DNA from: Podospora anserina
Taxonomy: Eukaryota
Direction: 5' to 3'
Assembly: GCA_017654855.1 (NCBI GenBank)
Contig: CM030333.1
Span: 496,001-560,000, forward strand
DNA length: 64,000 bases
Below, in pieces: positions 1-12,429 of this stretch. The stretch's first letter is position 1, and each line of letters starts with the position of its first letter. Position numbers and translations under genes: made by a program. The notes under the pieces were generated by a model. The model worked only from the letters and a program-made list of their open reading frames with translations. It searched no databases and was not told the DNA's origin.

Positions 1-3000
1 ACGGGAGGATAAGAGAGGAAAGGGGGGACGCGGGGGGGGCAGAATATGCGGGTAATTTGAGTCTTGTTACACGATTACAGGGTAGACAAGGGGAGCACAA
101 AGGTAGGTAGGGGTTCCCCCGGTCAAATAAACAACAGAGACATTTTTTTCCTTGCCTCTGTTTTTGTTTTATTTTGGGGACCGGGGGCTTGGCTTCTCTC
201 ATTGGAGAGGATTTGATTTTGGGGGTTTCTTCCCTGGTCCCTACAGGCATAATCTGAGAAACAACTGTGTATGGGTGTGGGTGTGGGCGGGTAGGCAAGG
301 TGGAGGGAAGGACCATCCACAGTGAAGTAGGAGGAGGGGAAAAACGGCGATTTGCAGCGATGAAGAGGTTGGGTTCGGATCATGGAGCCACAAGAGGGAT
401 TACCAGATCTGTGGAACGTAGCAATTAGACATGAGCACAAACACGCAAATTCGATTTTTGGGGAGAGGTGAGCTGGTTGGATAGGGTAGATAGGCGGGCT
501 GGGAGAGACAGAAGAATAGAGAAATGGGTCAGGTCAATAATGAACAAGGCAGGGCCTGATGGGGGCGGGAAATATGGGAGGAATGGTTCAAGCTTATTAA
601 GATGCTGTGGAACTGATGACTCAGTGCCTAGGAGGTGAGGCTGAGGAGTTTATATTGCGGTTATTTGTTTGCTACCTAGGTACTTTGAAATCAAGTTACC
701 AAAATTCCCACGCGTCTTTCGTTTTGGAATGGGGCTCCCATGTTGTTGGTGTTGATACCAGGGTGGCAGTAAAGGCATAGGTAATAAACAATACTGTGTG
801 GTGATGTTGCTGATAATGAGGCAGATGCCTGACTACGCAACCCGGAGACGGAGATGAAGATGGTAGATATCTCCTAGCCATCTTGCCATTATCGATGGAC
901 CTTACCAACAGCGTAAGTGAAGTCACATAATTGCCACTTCTGCGGGCGGAAAGGTTTCCTTCGCGGGGTGTCATTCCGAACCTTTCCCTCCTCGCTTGAT
1001 GATCACTAGATGGAGATATGGACGAGTAACCATGGAATCTTACTGAGCAGACGTATGTGGATAGCCTCATGAATGAAGATACGTGGATGGAATAGACAAG
1101 GCTCCATCTCACCTCATCTTATATACACGACTCCTATCTTTACTGCCCGTTTCACCGCTTGGCTGAATTATGATATCATAATGCGGGATGTGTGTCGATC
1201 TTCAACAGTAATTCAGGCTTCAGTACTGATGTCCAAGGCTGTGCTTATGCCATACCCACCTCCTGGATTTGTGGCCGGTGGTCGGAAGCTATCCCGGATT
1301 ATTTCGACTGGCGGCTCGGAAGGTACGGCGGATAACGCGGCCCGGGGATGTCAGTTGGGGAAGAGCAAAGATTGAAACAAAGGCACGATGGGAACAAGAC
1401 GGGATGGCGTCTTACCGGACCCCAGATGTGCGGGTCATAGCACTGCCTTATGGGCATTACCGAAGCCACTGAGAAGCTTATCCTCTCTGTAGGTTCTTTT
1501 GTAAAACGCAGATTTCTTTGCGAGGTGAGCGTACGTGTGAGGCTTGAGGTGCGGTGGCAAGTCTTGGTGACTCGCTGAGTGAGCACCTGCTTAGTCGTAG
1601 ATAGCCTCGTGGGCTGTTGCTGTTCTGCGGTCGGCTCAGAGTCATGATATCATCTATCATTCCTTGTTTGGAGAGCTTTACCAGGTGTGCTTGCGTATGT
1701 TTGATTCCATCAGCCAACGTTTCAAATTCTCAACTGATTCTTGGAGTCGGGGTCAACTTCTGTCAGGCATGAATGAGACAAAAATGCGCGATGAAGGAAT
1801 ATGGCAATCTTCATTCGAGATGGGAACATGATAAGAGGTGACCTCGGGGTGGGGCTCTACATGCTCGCGACGCGAGGCCGAACCACAGTCTAGAGAAAGA
1901 TGGTTGAAAACGGCTGTGGCTTGCCACTGCTGGTTCCTGGTGAGTGGTGTGGCGGAGATAGGGCTGACCGCATGGCCTTACATGATATGGCATGTGGTTC
2001 AGAAAGACATAAGCTGCAGATCATGAAACTCTGAGCAGTTCTTCTGAGTATAGATACATATGAGCGAGATCGGATGACGATCATGTGAAAATTCAGAGAT
2101 GCGAGATCAATCCGCGGGTGAGATCGGGCGCATGTGAGAAGCAAGTTGTAACCTTAGATCGACTGACAGATTGTTGTCATTCGACGTCGATATGAGGATT
2201 GTTTACGACATTCAATTGAGAAAGGTAGTCGCTTGTAGAATGGGTGATAAGGTTACACAGCAGATAAGCTGCCATTGGTGAGAGGAGTTCTCTTTTGACT
2301 TATACTTTGCACGTGGCTCAGGAAGGTCAACAGCACGTGCAAGTCACGAGGATCCGAGTGTCTTGAGTCGGCCATCGGTAGGTACCGATAGGTTGGCCCG
2401 TGTTGGTTTCATGTTGTTACTCACACTTGTCCATCTTAATCGACAACTAGACAAGGAAACCAATGATTTGGTATCGGGGGATGTGCTTCATCGCTGGACA
2501 CAACAGAAGAATTCGTCATGTCTCCTCCTTGACCGCCCGTCTCCGTGATGCTCAGCTCTGACCAGTATTTCATACCCGACGCCGACTGGAATCAAGCATA
2601 CGAGCCCACCGGGTCTCGAGGTAAGCGAGACGAGGCAGAGCGGAGGTGAAGCAAAGGATGCATGTACGGAGGCCGCGATCTTTTGTGATATGTACTCCCG
2701 GAGGCCTACCGCATTACCGTACATGTCCGTCACTTGAGATCTGAACTCATCGAGTAATGGAAAGAAGAGGTTACGGCGGTCGGTCGGTTCACGGTTAGCT
2801 CGGGGGGTGACGCATCACTGGATGGCCTTATTGTTGCCCAGACGGCTGGACGGGGTTGAGGTGGATAGGGCGACATTCCCTGACATCTCGACATCTCACT
2901 CACATGTCTTATCATCTCGCATTTTGAAAAGTGTCAAAACTTCCAGATTGGGCGTTTGCCAGACAGCAGATACAGGCTGTGGTGTCGATGCTTACCTACC

Positions 3001-5374
3001 CGCTGACCGTGGAGGCGGCGCGGTTCGATTGATCGCTGGGTGGATGAGACCTCGTGAGCAACAACTGCCGTGAAACGCATGCAACCAAACACATCAAACA
3101 TCTGGAAGCCTCGCAAATACTAGGATACGTATACCACCCAACATCGAAGACAGATCCCCGCCGAAGAATTACCGCCGAAGCGATTGTGCTACTGTCGCCT
3201 CCTGCTCGAGATGGTTGCAGTTCAGGTAGCAACAAGTCAGCCACGCCAAGCACATTCATTCACCGCCTCCAGTGAAAGTACACAGCGAAATACGATCTCG
3301 GTCTGCAAAATCACCATTTGCGTGCCTCTATCAGCTGCGATGTGCTTCCTATCAACTTCCTAAATACGAAATAAGAAATAAACCCGTGCAAAAGAGAAGA
3401 GATACTCATTTGGCAGTGTCCGAGAAATCACGGGATGTGGTTGACCGCCACTATCACGACTTGCAAAATCCCCTATTGGCTTTGGCGTAACACCAAGGAC
3501 CATGGTGATGGTGTCATTGATGGATAAGGGTTGTTGATTCGAGATTTCTCTTGGAGAATGCTTGAAGGAGCGAATCACAAGCTGGTATTTGGGGGGTTAT
3601 AGAGAGGCCTCAAAACGCCATGATCGCCCCCAACATCACACCGAAATTACGCAATCCAACCAAATTCCAACTTCGCTGACTGGCTTGATCTAGACCTCCA
3701 CAACGTGGTCTTCAACCTCAGAATTTCTTCTTTTGGCACCCTCCAGTCTACTTCACTCGAACCTTGCATAGAGGCAAAGACGCTATTGAAGGCGTTCGAT
3801 TGCTTGCAGGATCGAGGGCTAAGATCGTGCGTTGTGGTGACGATGTGTTTTGTAGGGCTGATGGCTGCTACGATAAATGCAAAGAACCAGTGAGGTATCC
3901 CTTAACAAATATGACAATAAGAGGGAATTATTCAGCAGTAGAATTGAAACCTCGTGTACTAATGTCTATGTCTGTTACTTGAATTGATTGATAGATGCAT
4001 GTTGAGCCCCGTTGTCGTCATTGAATCCTTAACTAGGTATTATCTCTATTGGTACTAGCTAGGTACTATAGGTCAATAAACAAGGTAGTGTGCTGATACC
4101 CCAAGACACGACAGCTCGCGGATGCCGAACTCATCTTACGTGGATAGCCTAGAATATACCATCATCTCGCTCGCCCGGACCAACCTCATTGGGTGTTTTG
4201 TCCGTTTTAGAATGAGGTTGGGAGGCTGTGTACCTATTAGAGGAACAAACGAGGCCAGTCCGGGGCTCCGTGGCGAATTGTAGGTCGATTTGAAATCAAA
4301 AACAAAAATAACTGCCCGATTTGGAGCCAACAGATGCAATTCAAGCAAAAGCACAAGCACCACCCGGAGAGTTTTGAGATTACATATTCAGCAGATTGTG
4401 ACAATAGATTCACTAATGGGCCCAGAACGGTGTTGTATTTGAATTCAAGTTACCTACTCAGATTAACAAATACACTGCACTGTGGAGACATACCACTCCA
4501 ACCTTCCGTGAGAAATTAGTATCAAAACACCTCTGACATTTCTCAGCATCTCAACACTCAACACGCAGCATATTCCCTCAACATTCAGCCTAGTGCTATG
4601 AGCAGGTACAATACGCCCTCAGTGCTCATCAAGAACAAAACATCAAACACACTTTAAGCATCCCAAGAAACATCATCATAGTATCAACCAAACTAAAAAG
4701 GACTATTTCATTTCAATCTGAATCATCTATGAATAAAACCTGCGTTTCCAGGCACGCACTCGACGCAGCATAATAGCCACATTTGTCCACCTCTTCATAA
4801 GTATACAGCCAAATTCATCCGCCGTCAACGTTGGACGAAAACGACAAGAGAGCATTGGCACGATCTATAACAAAAAAAACAACCCAAAACTGAACCAACA
4901 AACTAACAAAGAGATAAAATAACACTAACCGAGAGAAAAGACCCTTCACGCAATGTTAACAAAAGACCAAAATATTAGAGAAAAACGGAAAAGACTTTGA
5001 CCTCCAGTTGACACTTCCAAGGAAAGAGATGAGATAACCAAAAGGAGATTGACAATCGTTAACTATACTTGTGACAGATATAAATCAGCAGTCTCTGACT
5101 GTACCAAACCAAAAAAAAAACCATTTCATCCAAAGACAGTAACACATAAAAATGACACCCCATGATAAAACAAAATGAATCCGACCGCCCCCACCGAACC
5201 TGTACATGAGTTGTTCCTCCCCCCAAAGGAGAGACTAAAAGAGGAAGAAAAGCGAAACAAACTAGTACCCAGCACCCTCTCATTAATAGGAATCCTCGTC
5301 TTTCCCGTCCATTACACACACATCTTCGTTTTTATTGACTACCCTCTCCTCTCACATGTTCGTATGACTGTTGT

Positions 5375-8300
5375 TTACAAAAGCACTTCGCGGATGAAGC
5401 TTCCGAGTTGCTTGGCCTGTGTCAACGGTGTGGTTAGTTGGATGCTGAAATGCAAGGAGGAAACAAAAGACATACCTGATCATCATGCATCATCGAGAAG
5501 TGGTTCCCTGGCATGTGTCTGAACTGCATCTTGTTCACATCCAAGTACTCGTCCCACCTGTTGGGACCAAAGTCTGTCCGGTTGTCCAACAGGAAGAGGG
5601 CGTGTCCCTTGGGGTATGGTTCTGGTCGGGGGTCGGTGGGCAGCTTGCACACACCGTCCTCGCACCAGATGGTCGTCACCTTGGGACATTTCTCCTTGGG
5701 AATGGGCTCCGCGTCGTAGTTGCTCAGTGCCGAAACACTGGCAGCGAAGTGGGGCAGGAGCCAAGGGGGGATCTTCTTGTCGTCGCCGTCACCGAGGAGG
5801 CCGATGGAGGCGAACCAAGCGTGGAGTCCCTCGGGGAGGGGCTCGATGGTGACGGGGCAAGGAGCATCGATAATGATCAGGTGCTCAACCTCGTCACCAG
5901 CCTTGACCAGCTGGGAGACGATCTCGTAGGCGATGACACCACCTGCGGACCAACCGGCAAGGGAGTATGGGCCCTGCGGCTGACGACGCTTCATCTCCTC
6001 AATGAACTTGGAGGCCATGCCATAGACACCGCACTTGTATTCCTCAGGGGTCTTCATGAATGGGGAGAAGAGACCCCAGACAGCCCAGTCACCTCCCACG
6101 TCGGCGATCTCAGTGTAAGATGTAGCGGAACCGGAGCCATCAGGAATCATGAAGAGATGCTTCGTGGCGGTGCGGTGGCTGCCTGAGAGAAGAACCGAGG
6201 AAGCCTTGCGGTTTGGGTAGTCATCGACAATGTTGGTAGGTCTGGGAGGCTTGGGAGGGCAGGGCTGCTCATTGCCAATGCGGGGGTGCTGAGCGGTCTT
6301 GGGAGCGGGAGCCTGCTGCTTTGACTGCTTAGGGGCAGCAGGGCGAGGCTTGGGGGCATCAACGATGCCCAAGGCACGCTCAACATCCTTGAGAGATGGG
6401 TTGGAGACAAAGAGATCAGATGGGATCGTCAGACCGGTCTTCTCACGGAGTGTACCGAGGATAGACAAGCTCATCAACGAGTCCATGCCAAGGTTGGCAA
6501 GGTCGGGGGCAGCGAGGATCTCGTCAACCTCGACCTGCATCTCACCAGCAATGGTGTTGCGAACGATGCTCTGAAGCTCGCTGCTAGAGGACCCAGACTC
6601 GTTCTTCAGACCATCACCCTTGAGAGAGTCTGTCTCACTCTCATCAAGAGGAGTGGTGACGTTGGAGTCGGAATCAATCTCAGGTGACTCATCATCAGAG
6701 TTGTCGGATTCGCTGGAAGAGATGCTCGCCTGGACGCCAGACTTCTCAAATTGAGCCAAGTAGATCTTGAAGACGCCAATAGTGGGGTGGTCAACAAAGG
6801 CATTGGAGTGAAGATCCAGGTCCATCTCCTCACGGATGCGACCGCTGACAGTCAAGGACATCAGAGAGTCAACACCAAGATCTGTGAAGGCGATGTTGTC
6901 GGCAAGCTCATCGTGGCTGCAGCCGACCTCCTTGGCAAGGATATCCATGACCTGGGAGACAACACCCTTGAGCTTCTGGTTCACCTTGCCAATGTTGGCG
7001 GGGGTGACAGTCTCCTTCTTCTTCTTGGCGGGAGCAGCCTTGACCGGGGCAGCCTTGGCCGCAGGAGCAGCACGGGCAGGTCCGCTGGAAATAGCAGTGC
7101 CGCGAGGAGGCAACATCATGTTGAGGACCTTGCGAGGGATTGCTTGGAATTTGATGTCACCCGTGATACCGATGACCTTGTCGCCGTCGAAAACGTAGGC
7201 ATCACCGGCATACATCTTGGAGCCCTTGATGGGCTGCATGCGGATGTAGCTGCGATACTCCTTGTTGGCCTGAGGAACCTCGGTGAACCTCATCGAACCC
7301 CAACCGTGAGAGATGAACACCTGCTCACGTGAGTCGACGGCGTCAGTTCCGTTGATGATGAAACCGGAGATGTGGCAAGAACTGTCGATGTGGTACGGGC
7401 TGAAAACGTAGTTGCCATCCTCCGGCGTAGTCTGGAAGCGGATTTTGGCAGTAGCCTCGCAAGTCTTGCTGTCCAAAATGACCTCCTCCATGCCCTGATA
7501 TCTGCGGTTGTAGTCGACAAGAGCACCGAAGAGCTTGTAAGCAAGCCCGCGGCCAATCTTGGAAGCCTCACCACGCTGCTCAGCCGCCTTGAGTGAGTCG
7601 ATGCGGGTCTTAATCAAGTAGGCAACACGGTCAAACTCGTTCTGCCAGTCCTCGAGCTCACCGAAGTAGACCTTGCAGATAGCATGGTCGGTTCTCTTGG
7701 CGCCATCACCAGTGTGGAAGACAACGTCGGCCTGGCCGGTCCTAGCATTGGCGTTGATAGTCATGCGCAGTATGTGGCTCTTTGCGGTGTCGTTGAAGAT
7801 CAACGTCTTGGGAACTTCCATGTGTGCCACATTGGTGCCGATTTTTTCGGTCCCGGGCCGTACCAGCTTGTAAGCGTACTGGCATGCGGTCATGGCCATG
7901 TCGCCATAGAGCGAAGATGGGCACAGAGGAGCACCGTTGACCAAGTGACCAGAGACCACGTTGCGAAGCTCTGGTTGGCAAAGATCGGACTCGGTCTCGA
8001 GGATGACAACGTCGCCGTTGACCTCCTCCTTGGTGATCTTCTGAACGGTCGTGGTGGACAGCTTGGGCTTGGGGGCCTCGATGGCCTTGGGACCAGCCTG
8101 GGTTCCGACGCGGTTCTTGGACAAGCACCAGTCGCCAGTGTACTGCAGCCAGTAGTTCTTCTCATCGAACGAGTAGCTGGGCAAATCAAGCAGGCGAACC
8201 GATTCGCTGAAGTCACGGTGGAACTCGTTGAAGTCGACGTTTAGACCAGCGGTGTGCAGAGTGCACAAGCTGGAGGACAGAGTCCTGTAGCAACCCTCGT

Positions 8301-11300
8301 TGCGACGAAGAGTCGGGACCGCAATGGTGGCAACGCCGAAAGAAGCCTTGACCATACCAGCCAACACTGGGTGAGGGCCAACCTCGAGCCAGACAGTCTT
8401 CTCGTCAATGGCACCAGACTGCTGAGCAGAAACCAGGCCACCGAGAAAGTTGACGGCCTCACGGGCATGGTTGCGAAGATAGCCAGGCGTGATGGGCTCG
8501 TTCTCGACCATCTTGCCAAGAAGGGGCGAAATGATGGGCACCTTGGGGGTGTTGAACTGTACAGACTTGGCGAGCTTCTCAAAGTCGTCCAGGATGGCGT
8601 CAACCTGGGCCGAGTGGAAGGCGAAGGGCACACGGAGCTGAGTGCACTTGAAGCCGGCGCCGGTGAGGTGTTGGGCAATCTCAGCCATCTCGCTAGACTC
8701 GCCGCTGAGAACAGTCTCGCGAGGGCCATTGATGCAGGCGACATTGACACCAGTGGCCTTCACACCAAGAGCGTCCATGATGGTCTCGACAGAGCCCATG
8801 GTGGCAAGCATAGCATGGGTGCCGGCGGTGCACTTCTCAACAAGGAGCTGGGCACGCGCGCCGACGAGGTAGATGGCATCACTGGCGGAAAGAACACCAG
8901 CCACCTCGAGAGCAGCATACTCACCCAGACTGTGGCCAAGGACCACAGCAGGGCGGATACCCCAAGATATCCACAAGCGGGCAAGAGCCATCTCGAAGCA
9001 GGCCAGGCCAAGCTGCACAACCACTGGAGACAGCTTGGAGACATCAGACTCGCTGCCGTCAATCAGGGGCAAGAATGATGGGAAGCCATGGATCTGAGCA
9101 ATGCGGTCAAACTCGTCAATGTTCTGACGGAAGACCGAGTAGTGCTCATAGAACTCTTTGCCGAGGGCGGGGTAGTGAGATCCCTGGCCAGTGAACATGA
9201 AGGCAACCTTGGGTTGCTCAGGGAGAACAGGGACGAAGTTCTCCTTGAGGCGGGTAGAAATGGCCGACTTCGCCTCGTCGAGGTCACTGGCAACGACGTT
9301 CATGCGCCAGTAGTGCTGAATCTTTCTGGCAGTGGTGGTGTAGGCCACATGAGACAGCGGCGTCTCGGGGTTCCTCTCCATCCAGCCAACGAGGCGTTCC
9401 GCATTACGGATCATGGCAGCCTTTGACTTGCCGGTGAGGGTGACAACGTGGTGGCTGCGGGGATCGGCGGTGGCCTTGGGGCGCTGAGGCGCATCTTCAA
9501 GAAGCAAGCCAGTGTTACCGCCAGCGGCACTGAAGTTGTTGATGAAGACGCGTCTGGGCTTGCCATCCTTTCTTCTGAAGGGGGTGGTGTGGAAGGCAAT
9601 GTTGACGTTGCGCTCAGACAAATCCTTGGGGAAAGTCTTGTTGATGACGGAGCCCTGCTTGATACCCACGTGGGGTGGGATGGCATTCTTTTGGAGCATC
9701 ATGAGCACCTTGCACAGAGCAGTCACACCAGAAGCAGCCTCTCCGTGACCGACATTGGCCTTGACGGCACCGAGATAGAGAGGTCTGTTGGCAGGTCTCT
9801 TGCGCTCTGCGGGGGCAAAGACATTGGTGACAGACACCATCTCGGTACCATCGCCAGCTTGAGTGCCGGTTCCGTGCATTTCAACATAGTCGACATCAAG
9901 GGGATCCACACCAGCCTCGTCAAGAATCTGGCGAGAAAGGACAGACTGCGTCGGTCCGTGAGGATGAGTGATGGAGATGGCATCAGCAGAGTGGTTGGTG
10001 GCCGTACCCAAGATGACAGCAAGGATTCTGTCACCCTCAGCTTCGGCATCCTCCAAACGCTTGACGACCACAGAGGCGCAACCGTCACCACGGCAGTAGC
10101 CGTCAGCCTCGTTGTCGAAAGTAGCGCAAGGTCCCTTCTTGGACAGGAATTGTCCTCTGCTGAGACCGGAGAAAATGTCCGGGTTGGTCATGCACGACAA
10201 CCCACCGACAATGGCAGTGTCACAGTCCCGAGCCCACAGAGAGGAGCAAGCGACGTTCATAGCCGCGGCACTGGACGAACAGGCAGTATCAATGTTGAGA
10301 CTGGGTCCGCTGAAACCAAAGTGGTAGTTGATGCGTCCGGGGCCGAAAGCACGCACACCACCCGTGATGTAGTAGGTGTCGACCTCCTGGGCCGCATTCA
10401 GTTCACGCCAGTCATCAGATGTCTGGCCGTAAAAGGTGCCGATGCGGTCAAGGCGGGTAGTTGGCGTCCGGTTCGGCACATAACCAGACATCTCGAGAGC
10501 TTCATAGGCCGTGGTCAAGGCCATGCGCTGCATGGGATCGGTCTGGAGCGCTTCACGGGGCGACATGTTGAAAAACCGAGGGTCGAAAAACCCGGGGTTC
10601 TCAATCCAGCAGCCATAGGGCGTGTGACTGGTGTTCATGATCTTTCCGGTGGGATCATAGTGAGACTTGACATCAAAGCGATCCGCCGGGACCACACGGT
10701 GGACATCCAGGCCCTTCTCCAACAGCTCCCAGAGCTTCTCGTGGCTGGCAGCATCAGGGAAGCGACCTGCCATGCCGACAATGGCCAACTTGCACCTTCC
10801 CACCGACCCATGGTTCCCGATTGTCGAGGACGTGCTCTCCGGTGACACAGCAGGCGGCTTGCGGAGAATGACCTCCAAGTCTGTCTGAGACTTGAGAAGA
10901 TTCGCGAGCGTCGCGGCATTTTGAGTGGGACCCAGCGGCAAAATGAGACAGCTATCTCCCTTGAACTGGCGCGCCCGCTCGAGACACCCGTCGAGGACCT
11001 TGTTAAACATCAGAGTCTCATTGAGAATTTCAAACACGACTGATTTGATCAGCGTCCGCGTATCCGTCGCCGCGAACCAAGTCCCCGATGTGCATGACAT
11101 AACCGCCGACCGTGGCCGAGTGTTGTAGAAGGCATCGACCACTTCCGGATCATCTAAATGCAGAATCTTGTCGATGTTGGCGGAGGCGTGTAGATGAGCG
11201 GCATGATACGGGCCGTAGACTGGAATCGACGTCGGCTTGGCTGACAGCCTGCCCTTGGCAACCAAGAGTCTGAGCGTGGTGGGCGGCCCAGAAATGGCGA

Positions 11301-12093
11301 GGCTGCTGGCGGAGGCGGCACTGACATAGGCACGGCTCGCCTGGGGAATGCCCTGATACAGGTTGTCAGTTGGCATGCACAGAATGAGACACTGAGTGAG
11401 ACTGTTTACACTTACATTTTCGCGATGGAAGCTCTCGAGGGCAGCCGTGGCATCGTCCTCCTTGAGCCCTGGGAAGATGTATGTCCAGCTCTCTGATTGC
11501 TCATTGGCAGGACATAATCGGTCTCCCAGTGTGTGAACGTACGACCCAGTCCTGAAGGCGAGAAGGACAGCCTGGACGGCCACAGGTACCAAGGCTGACA
11601 GGGATGGTGTCGATGCAATGGCAGAGGCGGCAAACAGCCCAGAGCAGAGACCGACAAGGTGGGTGCTATCATGCCGGGTCACATCCTCGAAGTTCTTCTC
11701 TGCGTGGCTGTAGTGGTACTGTGGTTAGCTTCAACGGTGTGCGGTGCAACCCCAGAGAGGGGGTTTGAGGGTGGATCGCCGGGGGGGGGGGCAGTCTCAC
11801 TCGATGTAGTGTGCCAGTTGAGATATACACAACAACGCCCCATCGATTCCTGGGTGCTTGAGCTTCTGGGCGTAGTATCTCTCGTTTAGTTGCTGAAGAG
11901 TTCGGAAAATCGGCAGTCGTGATCGTTCCACTCGAGGCAACTTCTCAACTTCCTTCCTCAATTCGTGCCCGGCTTGCTCCAAGAAGGCCTTTGCGAGTAT
12001 ACCCTGTTTCTCCTGGCGAAAAAACTCGGCGAGGAAGCCGTGGGTATCAAGAGACTGGTCTCCGAAGAGAAGGAATGCCAACTTGTCAGCCAT
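5375..12093 (-). CDS. pks1: Non-reducing iterative type I polyketide synthase of the DHN-melanin (T4HN synthase) type, SAT-KS-AT-PT-ACP-ACP-TE, about 2167 aa, 4 exons
   Basis: Exons 12093-11801, 11707-11416, 11352-5476 and 5416-5375 sum to 6504 nt in frame. Introns are 11800-11708 (GTGAGA..GCTAAC..CAG), 11415-11353 (GTAAGT..CTGAC..CAG) and 5475-5417 (GTATGT..CTAAC..CAG). Motifs: SAT N-terminus LFGDQ and GLCSG; KS DTACSSS, EMHGTGT and KANVGHGE; AT GHSLGEY and FAFHS; PT region VVSGHLVNG; two ACPs LGVDSLMSL and LGMDSLMSL; TE GWSAGG...IDAP...GNHF. No KR/DH/ER motifs seen. Confidence 0.95.
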
Positions 12094-12416
12094 CTTGGAA
12101 GCCTGTTGACGGTTGTGATTATTATGGGGTGAGTGGATGATCCAGGAAGTTGGGTCCGGGAGGGAGCTACCACGGTCTTATTATATGAACGAGACCGGAA
12201 ACGTAGGGCAGGATCCTCAGAGACAAAAATGATACTAGATCTGCCTGCCATGTGAGAAGGCTCAGCACCGGCGTCGAGAGTCAACTCCAAGCAGGGGGAG
12301 GGGTGCGAGGTGTGGCGACAACAAAGAACGGTAGCCACACCCCCTATTCTGCTGCACCATCCAATCCACGATCCTTTTTGCCGGTGGGATAAGCCCAGTG
12401 TCCGGTGTTGCTAAGT

Positions 12417-12429
12417 TTCGGTGACCGAA
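12417..12429. promoter_or_regulatory. Palindrome TTCGGT-G-ACCGAA (CGG-N3-CCG), candidate Zn2Cys6 site in the PKS promoter
   Basis: Perfect 6+1+6 palindrome about 325 bp upstream of the PKS ATG. A TATA-like CATATAATAAG lies on the minus strand near 12178-12188. Function is inferred only. Confidence 0.25.

Noticed and set aside
610..655. CTGATGA followed by a CTCAG...CTGAG stem, resembling a hammerhead ribozyme core
   Set aside because: The required GAAA after stem II is absent (GAGT). Similar partial matches near 42571 and 56845 also fail.
9448..10845. 465-aa + strand ORF and other long antisense ORFs over the PKS (5485-6186, 6751-7332, 8254-9078) and the oxidase (18744-19805)
   Set aside because: Shadow ORFs produced by strong codon bias on the coding strand. 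They show no independent motifs.
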